Positions 10,438 through 19,710 of a stretch of DNA of 64,000 bases are shown piece after piece; positions within the stretch are counted from its first letter, which is position 1, and each line of letters starts with the position of its first letter. The notes below the pieces were generated by a model. The model made no database searches, was not told the origin of the DNA, and saw only the letters and a list, made by a program, of their open reading frames with translations. A program made the translations under genes and the position numbers. Source of the DNA: a phage; the NCBI GenBank assembly GCA_010671865.1, contig GCA_010671865.1_4083.1; one strand, given 5' to 3'.

Positions 10438-10636
10438 ATATTCTCTTCTGGATTAGTTCCTGTAAGTGCTGAATATAACCCTTCATTGCAACATCCTGTT
10501 TGTTAGAGCCAACGAAGAACAAGAGCTTAAAGTCATGGTAATCCATTTTTGGTTTAGTAGTGAACCATATGTCCCACACTGCACTCACAGTTCTCATGTA
10601 TTCAATTCGATTAAATGTTTTTGAATACTTCATCAA
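10415..10636 (-). CDS. hypothetical small protein, family B-like
   Basis: 73-aa ORF; motif VGSNKQDVA. Confidence 0.5.
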   Translation of the reverse strand: MMKYSKTFNRIEYMRTVSAVWDIWFTTKPKMDYHDFKLLFFVGSNKQDVAMKGYIQHLQELIQKRIYENNRPK

Positions 10637-11147
10637 TGTTAATCGCCAATAAGTTAATATACAAATTACTGTTAAATGCTATCTGCAATTCCATATAGAA
10701 CTGAATGATAGCATAGTCAGGGTCAGTACACGATAGTTGAAAACACTGTTCGTCAAATGCATTGTAATTGTACTTAGGGATGTGAATTTCACGCTTCAAA
10801 TCAGGTTGACCCCACTTCATCGCATACACACCAATGTTATTGTTCTTTTTCCTTTTCTTAAATGTTAATTGTTGAATATTTCCAGCGTTGTCTAGGAAAA
10901 TAGTATTATTCGACACAGGTGCACCAATAGAAAACAATGATGTATCAATTACGTGTGTCTCACGCACCTCACACTTCTGGAATGCCCCAGTACCCTGTAA
11001 TACATAATGAAAATTGTACTTCTCATTAACAACAGTACTAGGATCGATTAAACCAGTACTGCATTTTTTGAGTACTGGTACAATGGTGCGAATCTTTTTT
11101 GATAAATCTTGTAATGCATCAAAGTCATTGATGTTAACTTTCATCAC
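10611..11147 (-). CDS. hypothetical protein, FQ-motif superfamily
   Basis: 178-aa ORF; motif DEQCFQLSCTDP. Confidence 0.55.
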   Translation of the reverse strand: MMKVNINDFDALQDLSKKIRTIVPVLKKCSTGLIDPSTVVNEKYNFHYVLQGTGAFQKCEVRETHVIDTSLFSIGAPVSNNTIFLDNAGNIQQLTFKKRKKNNNIGVYAMKWGQPDLKREIHIPKYNYNAFDEQCFQLSCTDPDYAIIQFYMELQIAFNSNLYINLLAINIDEVFKNI

Positions 11148-11593
11148 TCGAATGTAGCCTCTTCAGTAGTAACAAAATTGGTTAGTGTATCCAGTTCAGC
11201 AGTGTCAAGATAAAATACATCTAGTACAGATTTCTGATATATTACACTGAATGTGCATAGATTGTCAAGTGTCCCTTGTTCATAAACAGTACTACCCTGG
11301 AAGTACCCTTCTTCAGTACTCAGGGATAAAATATCTGAAATTTTAAAAGATTCTTCAGTTGCATGTCTTTCTATATTAACTATATTGCCGTTTCGGTTCA
11401 ATGAAATATAATCGTATGCTAACTCAATTAGACTATAATTATCCGCATTAGTGTCAAATAAAGCGACAATTTTTCGTCTCAATCTCTCATCGTGATCATG
11501 GTTTTCATCAGCTAAGTATTCAGGATTTTCTTTGAAGAATTTAACGACGCGTAGAATATCATTTGCTTTCTTGATTGCACTTTCGTAACTCAT
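11144..11593 (-). CDS. hypothetical protein, FQ-motif superfamily
   Basis: 149-aa ORF; motif EEGYFQGSTVYE; MSxxSAIKKA N-terminus. Confidence 0.6.
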   Translation of the reverse strand: MSYESAIKKANDILRVVKFFKENPEYLADENHDHDERLRRKIVALFDTNADNYSLIELAYDYISLNRNGNIVNIERHATEESFKISDILSLSTEEGYFQGSTVYEQGTLDNLCTFSVIYQKSVLDVFYLDTAELDTLTNFVTTEEATFE

Positions 11594-11898
11594 AATAATT
11601 CAACCACTCCATCTCTAAAGTACATATAACTACCACCATTGGATACTGTGAATTCTATTGTCCCCAATAATATATTATATTTTTTTATTTCACATGTAGT
11701 ACTTGTAGTGTAAGGCTCACCATCTCCTAAGTACATTGACATATGACATAGAACTTTTCTACCAGCATATTTCTCTTCAAACGATTGTTCAAAACTATGC
11801 ATAATTTGATTTAAAGCTGAAATGTAATTAATAAAGTCAGGTATTTCTGTCAATGAATTATAAACCGTACAAAGTGAATCAAATTCATTTTTAGTCAT
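11590..11898 (-). CDS. hypothetical protein
   Basis: 102-aa ORF; 4-nt overlaps; no family motif. Confidence 0.5.
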   Translation of the reverse strand: MTKNEFDSLCTVYNSLTEIPDFINYISALNQIMHSFEQSFEEKYAGRKVLCHMSMYLGDGEPYTTSTTCEIKKYNILLGTIEFTVSNGGSYMYFRDGVVELL

Positions 11899-12212
11899 TA
11901 TATTTCTATCTCAATGTAATCCTGTGTGATTAAGTAATTCCAATGATACTTCACCTGCTTTTGTAATTCAATTAACGTAAAGAAGTTGATCGATTTATCC
12001 CACACGAGCGATTCCTGGAAAATAAATGATTCATGTTCATCGTAATAATCACACTCTAAAAAATCAGGTATATATTCACTATCGTGAATGTATTCAACAA
12101 ATGAACTAGCTTGGCATTTCTTTACTACTAGTAATAATGAATTATCATGATCAAACAGATACAATAAACTAATTTCACCAGGGACGTACTGAACACTGAA
12201 TAAGTTTTTCAT
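11898..12212 (-). CDS. hypothetical protein, FQ-motif superfamily
   Basis: 104-aa ORF; motif ESFIFQESLVWD. Confidence 0.6.
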   Translation of the reverse strand: MKNLFSVQYVPGEISLLYLFDHDNSLLLVVKKCQASSFVEYIHDSEYIPDFLECDYYDEHESFIFQESLVWDKSINFFTLIELQKQVKYHWNYLITQDYIEIEI

Positions 12213-12661
12213 TCTATACCTTCTGGATCTTTACGAAGTTCTTCGAAATCCAAATAAAATCGAGGACAGTTAACACTCTTTAAGTACCACATAATAACTA
12301 ATGCTTCAAGTACTTCATCATCGTAAACAGTACTGTTTTGGAAGTAATACTCTTCACTATCCCACGGACCTTCCAGTACTTCATAATTCAAAATTAATGG
12401 TTTTTTGCGATTAATAAAACGAATGCTACCATTTTCAACATAACTAATAAATTCTGCATCTCTATTGTATTCAGAAAACGATATAGGACTATTGGAATTC
12501 AACCCAAGAATAACCCTTACACCAACGGAGTTATTATACATTTCATCCTTGTAGTAGTTGCCGTTCTCGGCTTTGTACACTTCTTTGAACTTTCCTGCCT
12601 TTATATCGTCAAAGTATCCATGTAGTTCTTTTGCTTTTTCAAGAGCACTTTGTAATGACAT
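12209..12661 (-). CDS. hypothetical protein, FQ-motif superfamily, MSL subfamily
   Basis: 150-aa ORF; N-term MSLQSALEKAKELHGY; motif WDSEEYYFQNSTVYD...IMWYLK. Confidence 0.65.
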   Translation of the reverse strand: MSLQSALEKAKELHGYFDDIKAGKFKEVYKAENGNYYKDEMYNNSVGVRVILGLNSNSPISFSEYNRDAEFISYVENGSIRFINRKKPLILNYEVLEGPWDSEEYYFQNSTVYDDEVLEALVIMWYLKSVNCPRFYLDFEELRKDPEGIE

Positions 12662-13127
12662 TACCTTCTCCTACAGTATTCTCTACATATTCATAATCAA
12701 AATAGAAACTACTGGAGTCAATACTTTTGAAATACCACATAATTACAATAACATCTAATTCTTCTTCATTGTACAACGTACTATTCTGGAAGTAATATTC
12801 TTCACTATCCCACGGTCCTTCCAGTACTGAATAAGGAATGATAGTGTCATCAGCATCACTATCTGTGTTGTAGATGGTAATATCTTCATTACGACAATAA
12901 CTAATGTACTGATTGTACATATGATATTCACAGTTATCACTGTCACCAGTATCAGTGTGCAGTACTAATGTTTCTGCACATATCTCGGACTCGTCATAAT
13001 CGTCACGGTCTTTTACAAAAAATTCAGTATCAGATGTTTTATATACACCTGGTACTGAACCTTCCTGTACCATAATCATGTACTCATGAATCTTCTTTGC
13101 TTCTTTCAATGCACTTTGTAATGACAT
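12639..13127 (-). CDS. hypothetical protein, FQ-motif superfamily, MSL subfamily
   Basis: 162-aa ORF; N-term MSLQSALKEAKKIHEY; motif WDSEEYYFQNSTLYN. Confidence 0.65.
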   Translation of the reverse strand: MSLQSALKEAKKIHEYMIMVQEGSVPGVYKTSDTEFFVKDRDDYDESEICAETLVLHTDTGDSDNCEYHMYNQYISYCRNEDITIYNTDSDADDTIIPYSVLEGPWDSEEYYFQNSTLYNEEELDVIVIMWYFKSIDSSSFYFDYEYVENTVGEGNVITKCS

Positions 13128-13570
13128 TACAAATCCCCTGTACTTAAATATTCACATGCTCCCCAGTCAAGAAAGAATGGTTCAAAATTCAATTCCTTAA
13201 AGTACCACAACACAACCAAGGAATCAAGAATTTCTTGGTTAAAAATGAGACTCTGTTGGAAGTAATACTCTTCAGTACCCCACGGGCCATCAAGTACCCC
13301 GAAGTCAACAGGTGTATTTGTTGTGTCAAAAGTAATCTTAGTACCTGGAATATATACAAAAAAATTAGTATATTGACTACATGAAGAGTACTGTATAGTA
13401 TTGTCTTTATCCTGTCCCATAAGTAAAATATCATCAGAGTATGTCTTTATACCTGATAGATAATACTCATCACCAAATGCACTTACTTTATCACCATAGA
13501 ACCCACTTTTTATGTTATCGTGGAAGTGATGTATTCTGTGTGCTAGTTCAAGTGCACTTGCTAAACTCAT
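13127..13570 (-). CDS. hypothetical protein, FQ-motif superfamily, MSL subfamily
   Basis: 147-aa ORF; N-term MSLASALELAHRIHHF; motif WGTEEYYFQQSLIFN. Confidence 0.65.
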   Translation of the reverse strand: MSLASALELAHRIHHFHDNIKSGFYGDKVSAFGDEYYLSGIKTYSDDILLMGQDKDNTIQYSSCSQYTNFFVYIPGTKITFDTTNTPVDFGVLDGPWGTEEYYFQQSLIFNQEILDSLVVLWYFKELNFEPFFLDWGACEYLSTGDL

Positions 13571-14037
13571 ATATCCTCTTTAATAACTCGTAGTAGATCC
13601 AAGTCCAAATAGAAGCTAGGACAATCTGTATTATTAAAGTACCACAGAATGACAAGCTTGTCAAGTACATCTTCCTCGTAGATAGTATTCTGCTGGAAGT
13701 AGTACTCTTCACTTCCCCAGTCATTATCCAGTACTGAATACGGAAGATGTTTCTCTGCTGCACCAGATATAATGTCAGAATCTTGTATTAAAATATCAGC
13801 ATCACGACAGAAGTACATGTAATTATCTTCCAAATTAACATCACACCCATTGAGTGTTGTTTCAGAAGAATCTAAGTTTTCTTCATACATGTGAATGTAC
13901 TCACTACTGTCATCGTATCTCATTCGACAATATGATTTACCTTCCTTGAATAGATATCCATTAAGACAATTTGCTACAATTTCTTTGCTGCATAAATCAA
14001 TTAACTTCGCAATCTCTAATGCTCTTTCTAAACTCAT
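13567..14037 (-). CDS. hypothetical protein, FQ-motif superfamily, MSL subfamily
   Basis: 156-aa ORF; N-term MSLERALEIAKLIDLC; motif WGSEEYYFQQNTIYE. Confidence 0.65.
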   Translation of the reverse strand: MSLERALEIAKLIDLCSKEIVANCLNGYLFKEGKSYCRMRYDDSSEYIHMYEENLDSSETTLNGCDVNLEDNYMYFCRDADILIQDSDIISGAAEKHLPYSVLDNDWGSEEYYFQQNTIYEEDVLDKLVILWYFNNTDCPSFYLDLDLLRVIKEDI

Positions 14038-14038
14038 T

Positions 14039-14530
14039 TCAACCCCTGTTAATACCGTTATCTACAGTTTTCTTTACGTATTTGTAATCGAAATAGAAGT
14101 TCCCAGAACCAATACTTTTAAAGTACCACATAATTATAATAACATCAAGTACTTCATTATCATATACAGTACTTTGTTGGAAGTAATACTCTTCACTATC
14201 CCACGGACCTTCCAGTACTTCACTCGGAATTATAATGTCATTGGAATCGCTGTCAGTACTGTTGATGGTATCTGTATCATTAATATAGACCATGTACTCA
14301 TTATGCATATTAATGAAGCATTCATAATCATTAGGGTCGGTATCTAGTATGCACGTTTCTGTATCCAGTACACACGTTTCTGTATCTGAGTAGTCATTAT
14401 TAAGGAGGTTATCCGGCACATAATATTGAGTACTTGTGTCTTTGAAAACACCGTAAACTGAACCTTCTTTTACCATATTCATGTACTCATGAATCTTCTT
14501 TGCTTTTTCCAATGAACTCTGTAATGTCAT
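14039..14530 (-). CDS. hypothetical protein, FQ-motif superfamily, MSL subfamily
   Basis: 163-aa ORF; N-term MTLQSSLEKAKKIHEY; motif WDSEEYYFQQSTVYD; internal TETC[VI]LDT tandem repeat. Confidence 0.65.
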   Translation of the reverse strand: MTLQSSLEKAKKIHEYMNMVKEGSVYGVFKDTSTQYYVPDNLLNNDYSDTETCVLDTETCILDTDPNDYECFINMHNEYMVYINDTDTINSTDSDSNDIIIPSEVLEGPWDSEEYYFQQSTVYDNEVLDVIIIMWYFKSIGSGNFYFDYKYVKKTVDNGINRG

Positions 14531-14539
14531 TTTATAATC

Positions 14540-14899
14540 TCATATATTGAAATAATAATTATTCGTTCTTGATGGGGATGGATTAAATACGTTTTCTTTT
14601 TCAAATCTCTTCATTTCATTTTGCAAAGAAACCATTTCTTCAAATGTACAGGAGTACTTATTCTTATCAAACACTAATGCTTCCTGAAATAGTTCACCAT
14701 CGTCCAGTACTGTATAATCTATAAGACTCTCAGATTCATAGTCATAGTCGTCATGTGATACATGAATAAATTTAAAACAAGAATCTTTGTAATGCATATA
14801 TAAACTCAACTCATGTTCCGAGTCGCCCTTAATAAGATTACAGCACAAGTCCCATCCTTTAGGTAACTTATAATAGTACATAGAATAATCATATGTCAT
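14540..14899 (-). CDS. hypothetical protein, FQ-motif superfamily (LFQE-LVFDK subfamily)
   Basis: 119-aa ORF; motif DGELFQEALVFDKNKYSCTFEEMVSLQ. Confidence 0.65.
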   Translation of the reverse strand: MTYDYSMYYYKLPKGWDLCCNLIKGDSEHELSLYMHYKDSCFKFIHVSHDDYDYESESLIDYTVLDDGELFQEALVFDKNKYSCTFEEMVSLQNEMKRFEKENVFNPSPSRTNNYYFNI

Positions 14900-15252
14900 T
14901 CTTGAATTCCTAAATTGAATTTGTATTCTTGATTAATACTTGCATTGGGTTTATGCAAAGCAGCATACTCTTTCATTTCATTTTGTATTGCAATAACTTC
15001 TTCAAATGTACACAAGTACTTCTTATCAAATACTAATGATTCTTGGAATAGTTCTGCGGTATCCATTAATGTATAGTCCGGCATATCTTGGTGTGGATAC
15101 TGTAATGAACTGTAATCAATGAATGTAAATTTACCCTGAGTGTAATGAATATACTCATTTGCACTGTGCATTAAATCACCTTTGTTTAAATTACAAAAGT
15201 ACTGATAACTGTGCTTGAAAGTATGTACTGATATTAAAAAATCAAATTCCAT
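14896..15252 (-). CDS. hypothetical protein, FQ-motif superfamily (LFQE-LVFDK subfamily)
   Basis: 118-aa ORF; motif TAELFQESLVFDKKYLCTFEEVIAIQ. Confidence 0.65.
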   Translation of the reverse strand: MEFDFLISVHTFKHSYQYFCNLNKGDLMHSANEYIHYTQGKFTFIDYSSLQYPHQDMPDYTLMDTAELFQESLVFDKKYLCTFEEVIAIQNEMKEYAALHKPNASINQEYKFNLGIQE

Positions 15253-15623
15253 CAGTACTCAACCTCTACATAAATAGATTCAGGAAACTTAGTCATATAA
15301 TCTTCTGGATAGTTCTGCATTACTTTGATCATTTCTGCCTGTGTAGCACGGACGTATTCAATTGGTGCTCCTGGTAAATTCCAGACAGTACTTTCCTGAA
15401 AGAATTCCTCTTCTGACAGTACTGTCAGATTTACAAAATCATTACGGTAATTTTTTGAATCATCATATGTGAAGATTTTAAAAGACCCATTTTCATATAG
15501 TACAAGAACAAAATGGGAGAATTTTTGTAATGCACCACCAAGGCTTTCCACGACCGCATGATTCAGTGTACAGATGACCTCTCTTTTCCTCATACCGAAT
15601 TGAATTCTAATTTCTTTTTTCAT
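15252..15623 (-). CDS. hypothetical protein, FQ-motif superfamily
   Basis: 123-aa ORF; motif EEEFFQESTVWN. Confidence 0.6.
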   Translation of the reverse strand: MKKEIRIQFGMRKREVICTLNHAVVESLGGALQKFSHFVLVLYENGSFKIFTYDDSKNYRNDFVNLTVLSEEEFFQESTVWNLPGAPIEYVRATQAEMIKVMQNYPEDYMTKFPESIYVEVEY

Positions 15624-15781
15624 AAAATCTCCTTCAGATTAGTACTGAATTTGTACAGAATATTAGAACTGTATACAGCCTCTGTATCTGTATCCATAAT
15701 CAAATCACCTTTGTTTAAATTACAAAAGTACTGATAACTGTGCTTAAAAGAATGTACTGATATTAAAAAATCAAATTCCAT
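15620..15781 (-). pseudogene. truncated duplicate of the 5' end of gene 14896..15252
   Basis: ~85 bp at 15697-15781 nearly identical to 15170-15255, including start codon and ATGA junction; encodes MEFDFLISVHSFKHSYQYFCNLNKGDL then diverges to a stop. Confidence 0.55.
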
Positions 15782-16158
15782 CACACTTCCCCTAGATTGA
15801 AATGATTACAAAAATCATCTTCACCAGTACTGCACCAGATATCTATACATTCCCTGTGAATACATTTAATTCTACGCTGTAATTCAATCATCTCTTCTAA
15901 TGTACAGATGTACTTCTTATCAAATACTAATGCCGCCTGAAACAGTGCAGCATCATCAAGTACTGTATAGTCCAACATCTCGGTTGCTTTACCCCTAAAC
16001 CCAGTACTAAAATCCATCAAATAAAAGTCAGCATTCCAGTACTTTAAAATCTTGTCCCTAGCGTAGTTTAAATCACCCTTGTATAAGTTAGAGTGCGTAA
16101 CTAACTCACCAGTGTACATCCATGTCCTTGCACAAAATTCATTATATTTTATTTCCAT
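15781..16158 (-). CDS. hypothetical protein, FQ-motif superfamily (LFQE-LVFDK subfamily)
   Basis: track ORF 15781..16299 trimmed to internal Met (MEIKYNEF) matching paralog length; motif DAALFQAALVFDKKYICTLEEMIELQ. Confidence 0.5.
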   Translation of the reverse strand: MEIKYNEFCARTWMYTGELVTHSNLYKGDLNYARDKILKYWNADFYLMDFSTGFRGKATEMLDYTVLDDAALFQAALVFDKKYICTLEEMIELQRRIKCIHRECIDIWCSTGEDDFCNHFNLGEV

Positions 16159-16355
16159 CTTAATCTCTACTATAATTAATAAGGTAAACTCCAATATAAG
16201 GAGAACGTTCGGCGGCGGGGTATTTTTTGTTTCAAGAAACATGAACTGTACTCTGAAAAACACAATATAAAACTTTATATTAAACATATACCTTAGCATG
16301 TTTTTCAGCGGAAATTTTTTTGACCCCCCCTGCGGCCTGTCAAAATGAAACGTCT

Positions 16356-16580
16356 CTATTTATTCAGCCTAGAAACCTTGATTTCTTCAATCCTTTTCAT
16401 TGCACAAAGCCTTCGACTCGTCCTCTCGTATATATTCAATACTCGCTGTAATGCATTATCTGTATTATCTGCAACTGCAATCTGAACCAAATATGTATCC
16501 TTCAAAATAGAATCCATCATGAATTCAAAACCTTTCACACTAAAGCAATATGCCACTTCCGGCTCTTCAAACGTAATCAT
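16356..16580 (-). CDS. hypothetical protein
   Basis: 74-aa ORF; no family motif. Confidence 0.45.
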   Translation of the reverse strand: MITFEEPEVAYCFSVKGFEFMMDSILKDTYLVQIAVADNTDNALQRVLNIYERTSRRLCAMKRIEEIKVSRLNK

Positions 16581-16770
16581 AATTCCAATCCCCTATTCCC
16601 TCTAACCTTCTAAGATATCTTGCGTAAATTATTTCGAAATATCTGTGCAACGAAATTACGGATTGCTCATAATCATCATTCCTGTACATTGTGCATGTCA
16701 GAAAATCATTTAACCCAAAATCTAAACTGCACTTGAACTTCTCCTTAGCAACATCTCTAAAATTATTCAT
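16567..16770 (-). CDS. hypothetical protein
   Basis: 67-aa ORF overlapping 16356..16580 by 14 nt. Confidence 0.45.
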   Translation of the reverse strand: MNNFRDVAKEKFKCSLDFGLNDFLTCTMYRNDDYEQSVISLHRYFEIIYARYLRRLEGIGDWNYDYV

Positions 16771-16952
16771 AATATGTCCTCTGTACAGCGTAGGTGTACT
16801 GTGAACTCAGCACCACTAATAGGTAATCTATATTGTAAGCACGATTTCCTCGTTGACTAGCACGGCTGGAATAAAGAATATTATCCACATATGTATTGAA
16901 CTGATCTTCAAATAACTCTTTCATCAGCATTATACCATCACATAATCATACA

Positions 16953-17495
16953 TCATACATTAACAACTTTATCGATGTAATCTTCTAACATATCAATATA
17001 TCTGGTATTGGTTCTAACTAAAAGGTATGCAAATCCAGAAAACTCCTGTGTATAATGCTTTACAGCGTACATACAACGAAGCTTATCATTGTCATACATT
17101 GTACTGTACTGAAACAAACTCTCGTCTGATAGCTCTAATAACGCTTGGGCTTCACTTCTCGTGAACTTCATAGGGTCATGTACTGCATCACAAAAACAAA
17201 CCTGTGTCTCGCTATTGAAACCCTGTGATAGATATATACCTTCACACTCTGAACGCACCGATACTGCATTATAACTATGTGTTGCCCCCATCATATCTGA
17301 ACTCAAAACTAAAATCAACCCATTTTTATTTTTAATCAACAAATCTGACTTAAGGGATTTGATCTCCGTATGGGAAATATCACCAAATCTTCCTGGGACT
17401 TCAAACTTATCAACGTTGTATACAATCTTTTGTACTTGCTCTTTTAAACGCTTAATTGCACTTCTGTCTTTTTCTAATGTATCTAATAAACTCAT
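16953..17495 (-). CDS. hypothetical protein, FQ-motif superfamily
   Basis: track ORF 16953..17567 trimmed to Met with AAGGAAAG RBS (MSLLDTLEK); motif DESLFQYSTMYD. Confidence 0.55.
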   Translation of the reverse strand: MSLLDTLEKDRSAIKRLKEQVQKIVYNVDKFEVPGRFGDISHTEIKSLKSDLLIKNKNGLILVLSSDMMGATHSYNAVSVRSECEGIYLSQGFNSETQVCFCDAVHDPMKFTRSEAQALLELSDESLFQYSTMYDNDKLRCMYAVKHYTQEFSGFAYLLVRTNTRYIDMLEDYIDKVVNV

Positions 17496-17505
17496 TGTAC
17501 TTTCC

Positions 17506-17850
17506 TTACATATTTGTACCGAACAAAACGGAACTTTGAATGCCATTAATCGACACTTCATGTACATATATATTTTGTCTGAACAAAGGAACTAATTGAA
17601 CTAAACTCGTTTGCATAATAATATGCATATGTACATTGTCATATGCCGTTTCGTATTGGAATCGTGCAGCTTCATCTTCTATGAAATTCGGAACTTGGAC
17701 TGGATTCTCAAAATTTGTCCTTGTACTGAACTGTACATCATTGTCCTGTACCTTAATACCATATGAATTATCATTGTTATCAACTACATCAAATTCAATT
17801 AAACTACCATCTTTACTGACGTTTACTATATAAACCGAAAATCGACTCAT
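17506..17850 (-). CDS. hypothetical protein, FQ-motif superfamily (divergent)
   Basis: 114-aa ORF; motif DEAARFQYETAYD. Confidence 0.55.
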   Translation of the reverse strand: MSRFSVYIVNVSKDGSLIEFDVVDNNDNSYGIKVQDNDVQFSTRTNFENPVQVPNFIEDEAARFQYETAYDNVHMHIIMQTSLVQLVPLFRQNIYVHEVSINGIQSSVLFGTNM

Positions 17851-18362
17851 AAACCTATTTCCTCTAAATCTTTGACAAATGTATCATAATCCGATAATGA
17901 CAAAAATATGTCTGTACTGATGTTTTGACGTAATGTATTAAACAAATTATGTACCTGTAATAAATCAGGTGCATAAATCAGGGATTGCTGGAAATACGAT
18001 TCTTCTGTATCTAATATATCCCTGCACTCAATTTCACGAACTCGTTGGTATATTGAATTTAATAATACATTTTCATCTTTGAGCATTGGAAGGTATCGGA
18101 TGTACATGTTCTCCATCAACTCATCTTGGATTGAACCCCTGAACTGCAACACGTATTCAAAACACATCACTACATCTTGTAGGTAATTGGCACTGTACTG
18201 ATTACTATACACGATTTTATGACAACTGAACTCGGAATCATTTCTGAACCAATTGTTACCCTCTTTCCTGTACTTATGACTAAGCTTCCCATCCTCCAAC
18301 GCTCGAATGAACTTCATAATGTTAATTGCAAAATCATATGAATGATGCTTGTGTTGATGCAT
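17847..18362 (-). CDS. hypothetical protein, FQ-motif superfamily
   Basis: 171-aa ORF; motif EESYFQQSLIYA. Confidence 0.6.
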   Translation of the reverse strand: MHQHKHHSYDFAINIMKFIRALEDGKLSHKYRKEGNNWFRNDSEFSCHKIVYSNQYSANYLQDVVMCFEYVLQFRGSIQDELMENMYIRYLPMLKDENVLLNSIYQRVREIECRDILDTEESYFQQSLIYAPDLLQVHNLFNTLRQNISTDIFLSLSDYDTFVKDLEEIGL

Positions 18363-18370
18363 TTTTTACC

Positions 18371-18565
18371 TCAATTCTGTCCGAAAAAATAACCAAAATG
18401 TTTAAAGCAAGAAAGCATTACTATGTTCATCACTCTATCATCAAATTCATCTTGTGTTTCTGCACATAATGTTTCACAGATATTCAAATGTAATAATTCA
18501 AGCTGGAAACTGTCGGTGAACCAATCAAACTTACGGTATTTTTGTTTAACATCAACTGTAAGCAT
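18371..18565 (-). CDS. hypothetical protein
   Basis: 64-aa ORF; weak motif TDSFQLELLHL. Confidence 0.45.
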   Translation of the reverse strand: MLTVDVKQKYRKFDWFTDSFQLELLHLNICETLCAETQDEFDDRVMNIVMLSCFKHFGYFFGQN

Positions 18566-18566
18566 A

Positions 18567-19190
18567 CTATATATCCAACCCTTTTACAACATCTACGAAA
18601 TGTTCAAACACTTCTTTTGAAAAATAACCACCTTCACAAAAAAGCATACTAAACGGTGGCAGCATGTCCGATAACTCTTTAGCTAAATTGATTTCTGCTC
18701 TTAACTCTTGAACATCAATGATATCATGTACTAAAGATAATTGAAACATGAATGCATCTACATCTTCATTCATTTCTGAATTGTAATATAACTCTTCAGG
18801 GAATTTGTCGGTTTCGTAATAATAAAAAACTTTATTGTTGAACACACCACTAATAGGAACATCATTTTCATCTTTCTTTGAAATGTTTGTTTCCCATGAC
18901 TCTATATTATTAGGAACAAAAAAATCATAGGCTGATTTTGAACCCTGTACTGAATCCAACTTTATTCCATAATATTCCGTATCCATGTATTTCTGCTGTA
19001 ATGTAATACCACGTGTACTGACATTCACTTGGAATATATCATCTTTATCTGGAACACTAAATGGAATACATAACACTGAATTCTCAGGGTATTTGGCAAT
19101 GAATGCATCCAGCACTTTATTAAGCACTGGAATGGCAATTTTACTGTACTGCATCAAATCATACATTTTAATTCTGGTCATATCATTCAC
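18567..19190 (-). CDS. hypothetical protein, FQ-motif superfamily
   Basis: 207-aa ORF; motif DAFMFQLSLVHD. Confidence 0.6.
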   Translation of the reverse strand: MNDMTRIKMYDLMQYSKIAIPVLNKVLDAFIAKYPENSVLCIPFSVPDKDDIFQVNVSTRGITLQQKYMDTEYYGIKLDSVQGSKSAYDFFVPNNIESWETNISKKDENDVPISGVFNNKVFYYYETDKFPEELYYNSEMNEDVDAFMFQLSLVHDIIDVQELRAEINLAKELSDMLPPFSMLFCEGGYFSKEVFEHFVDVVKGLDI

Positions 19191-19710
19191 CTGTGTATGT
19201 TTTCACCCTTAGCGATTCAAAATCCCATACATCACTGATTGTACCATTGTGCCTGTAATCATAATATTCTACTAATACATTATACAATAACTTCAACGAT
19301 ACAAATTCATGATTCCACGGAGCTTTATTCTCATGAACACATTTGGTGATATAAGGTATAATATATAAACTAAACAACACTAATGGTGAATGTATACATT
19401 GCATTTGAAAATATTCTTCTTCTTGCATACAATGTTCAGGAATAATTAGATCATAATGTGTCTCAAATAAATGTAAACCTATTGTGGTTTTTTTCGTATC
19501 ACATGCGTACCATATTGTACTATCCGAAATAAATGGAATGATACCATTATTGTTTGCAATGTACATCATATGGTAAGAGCGATTTGTCTTGTTAAATATC
19601 TCGATACTTTCGATATTACTACAAATCATGTATTCAAGACAATCAATGATCTTATCTTTAAATGCACCAATTTCATTGAATGTCATTGATTTCTGCACGT
19701 CACTGCTCAT
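19183..19710 (-). CDS. hypothetical protein, FQ-motif superfamily
   Basis: 175-aa ORF; motif EEEYFQMQCIHS. Confidence 0.6.
   Translation of the reverse strand: MSSDVQKSMTFNEIGAFKDKIIDCLEYMICSNIESIEIFNKTNRSYHMMYIANNNGIIPFISDSTIWYACDTKKTTIGLHLFETHYDLIIPEHCMQEEEYFQMQCIHSPLVLFSLYIIPYITKCVHENKAPWNHEFVSLKLLYNVLVEYYDYRHNGTISDVWDFESLRVKTYTGE

Noticed and set aside
13895-14347. Plus-strand ORFs of 60-150 aa overlapping the leftward gene block (13895..14347, 39686..40096, 45257..45544, 49785..50072, 50238..50555 and similar)
   Set aside because: They lie antisense to dense, family-supported minus-strand genes, lack RBSs and family signal, and are typical shadow ORFs in AT-rich DNA.
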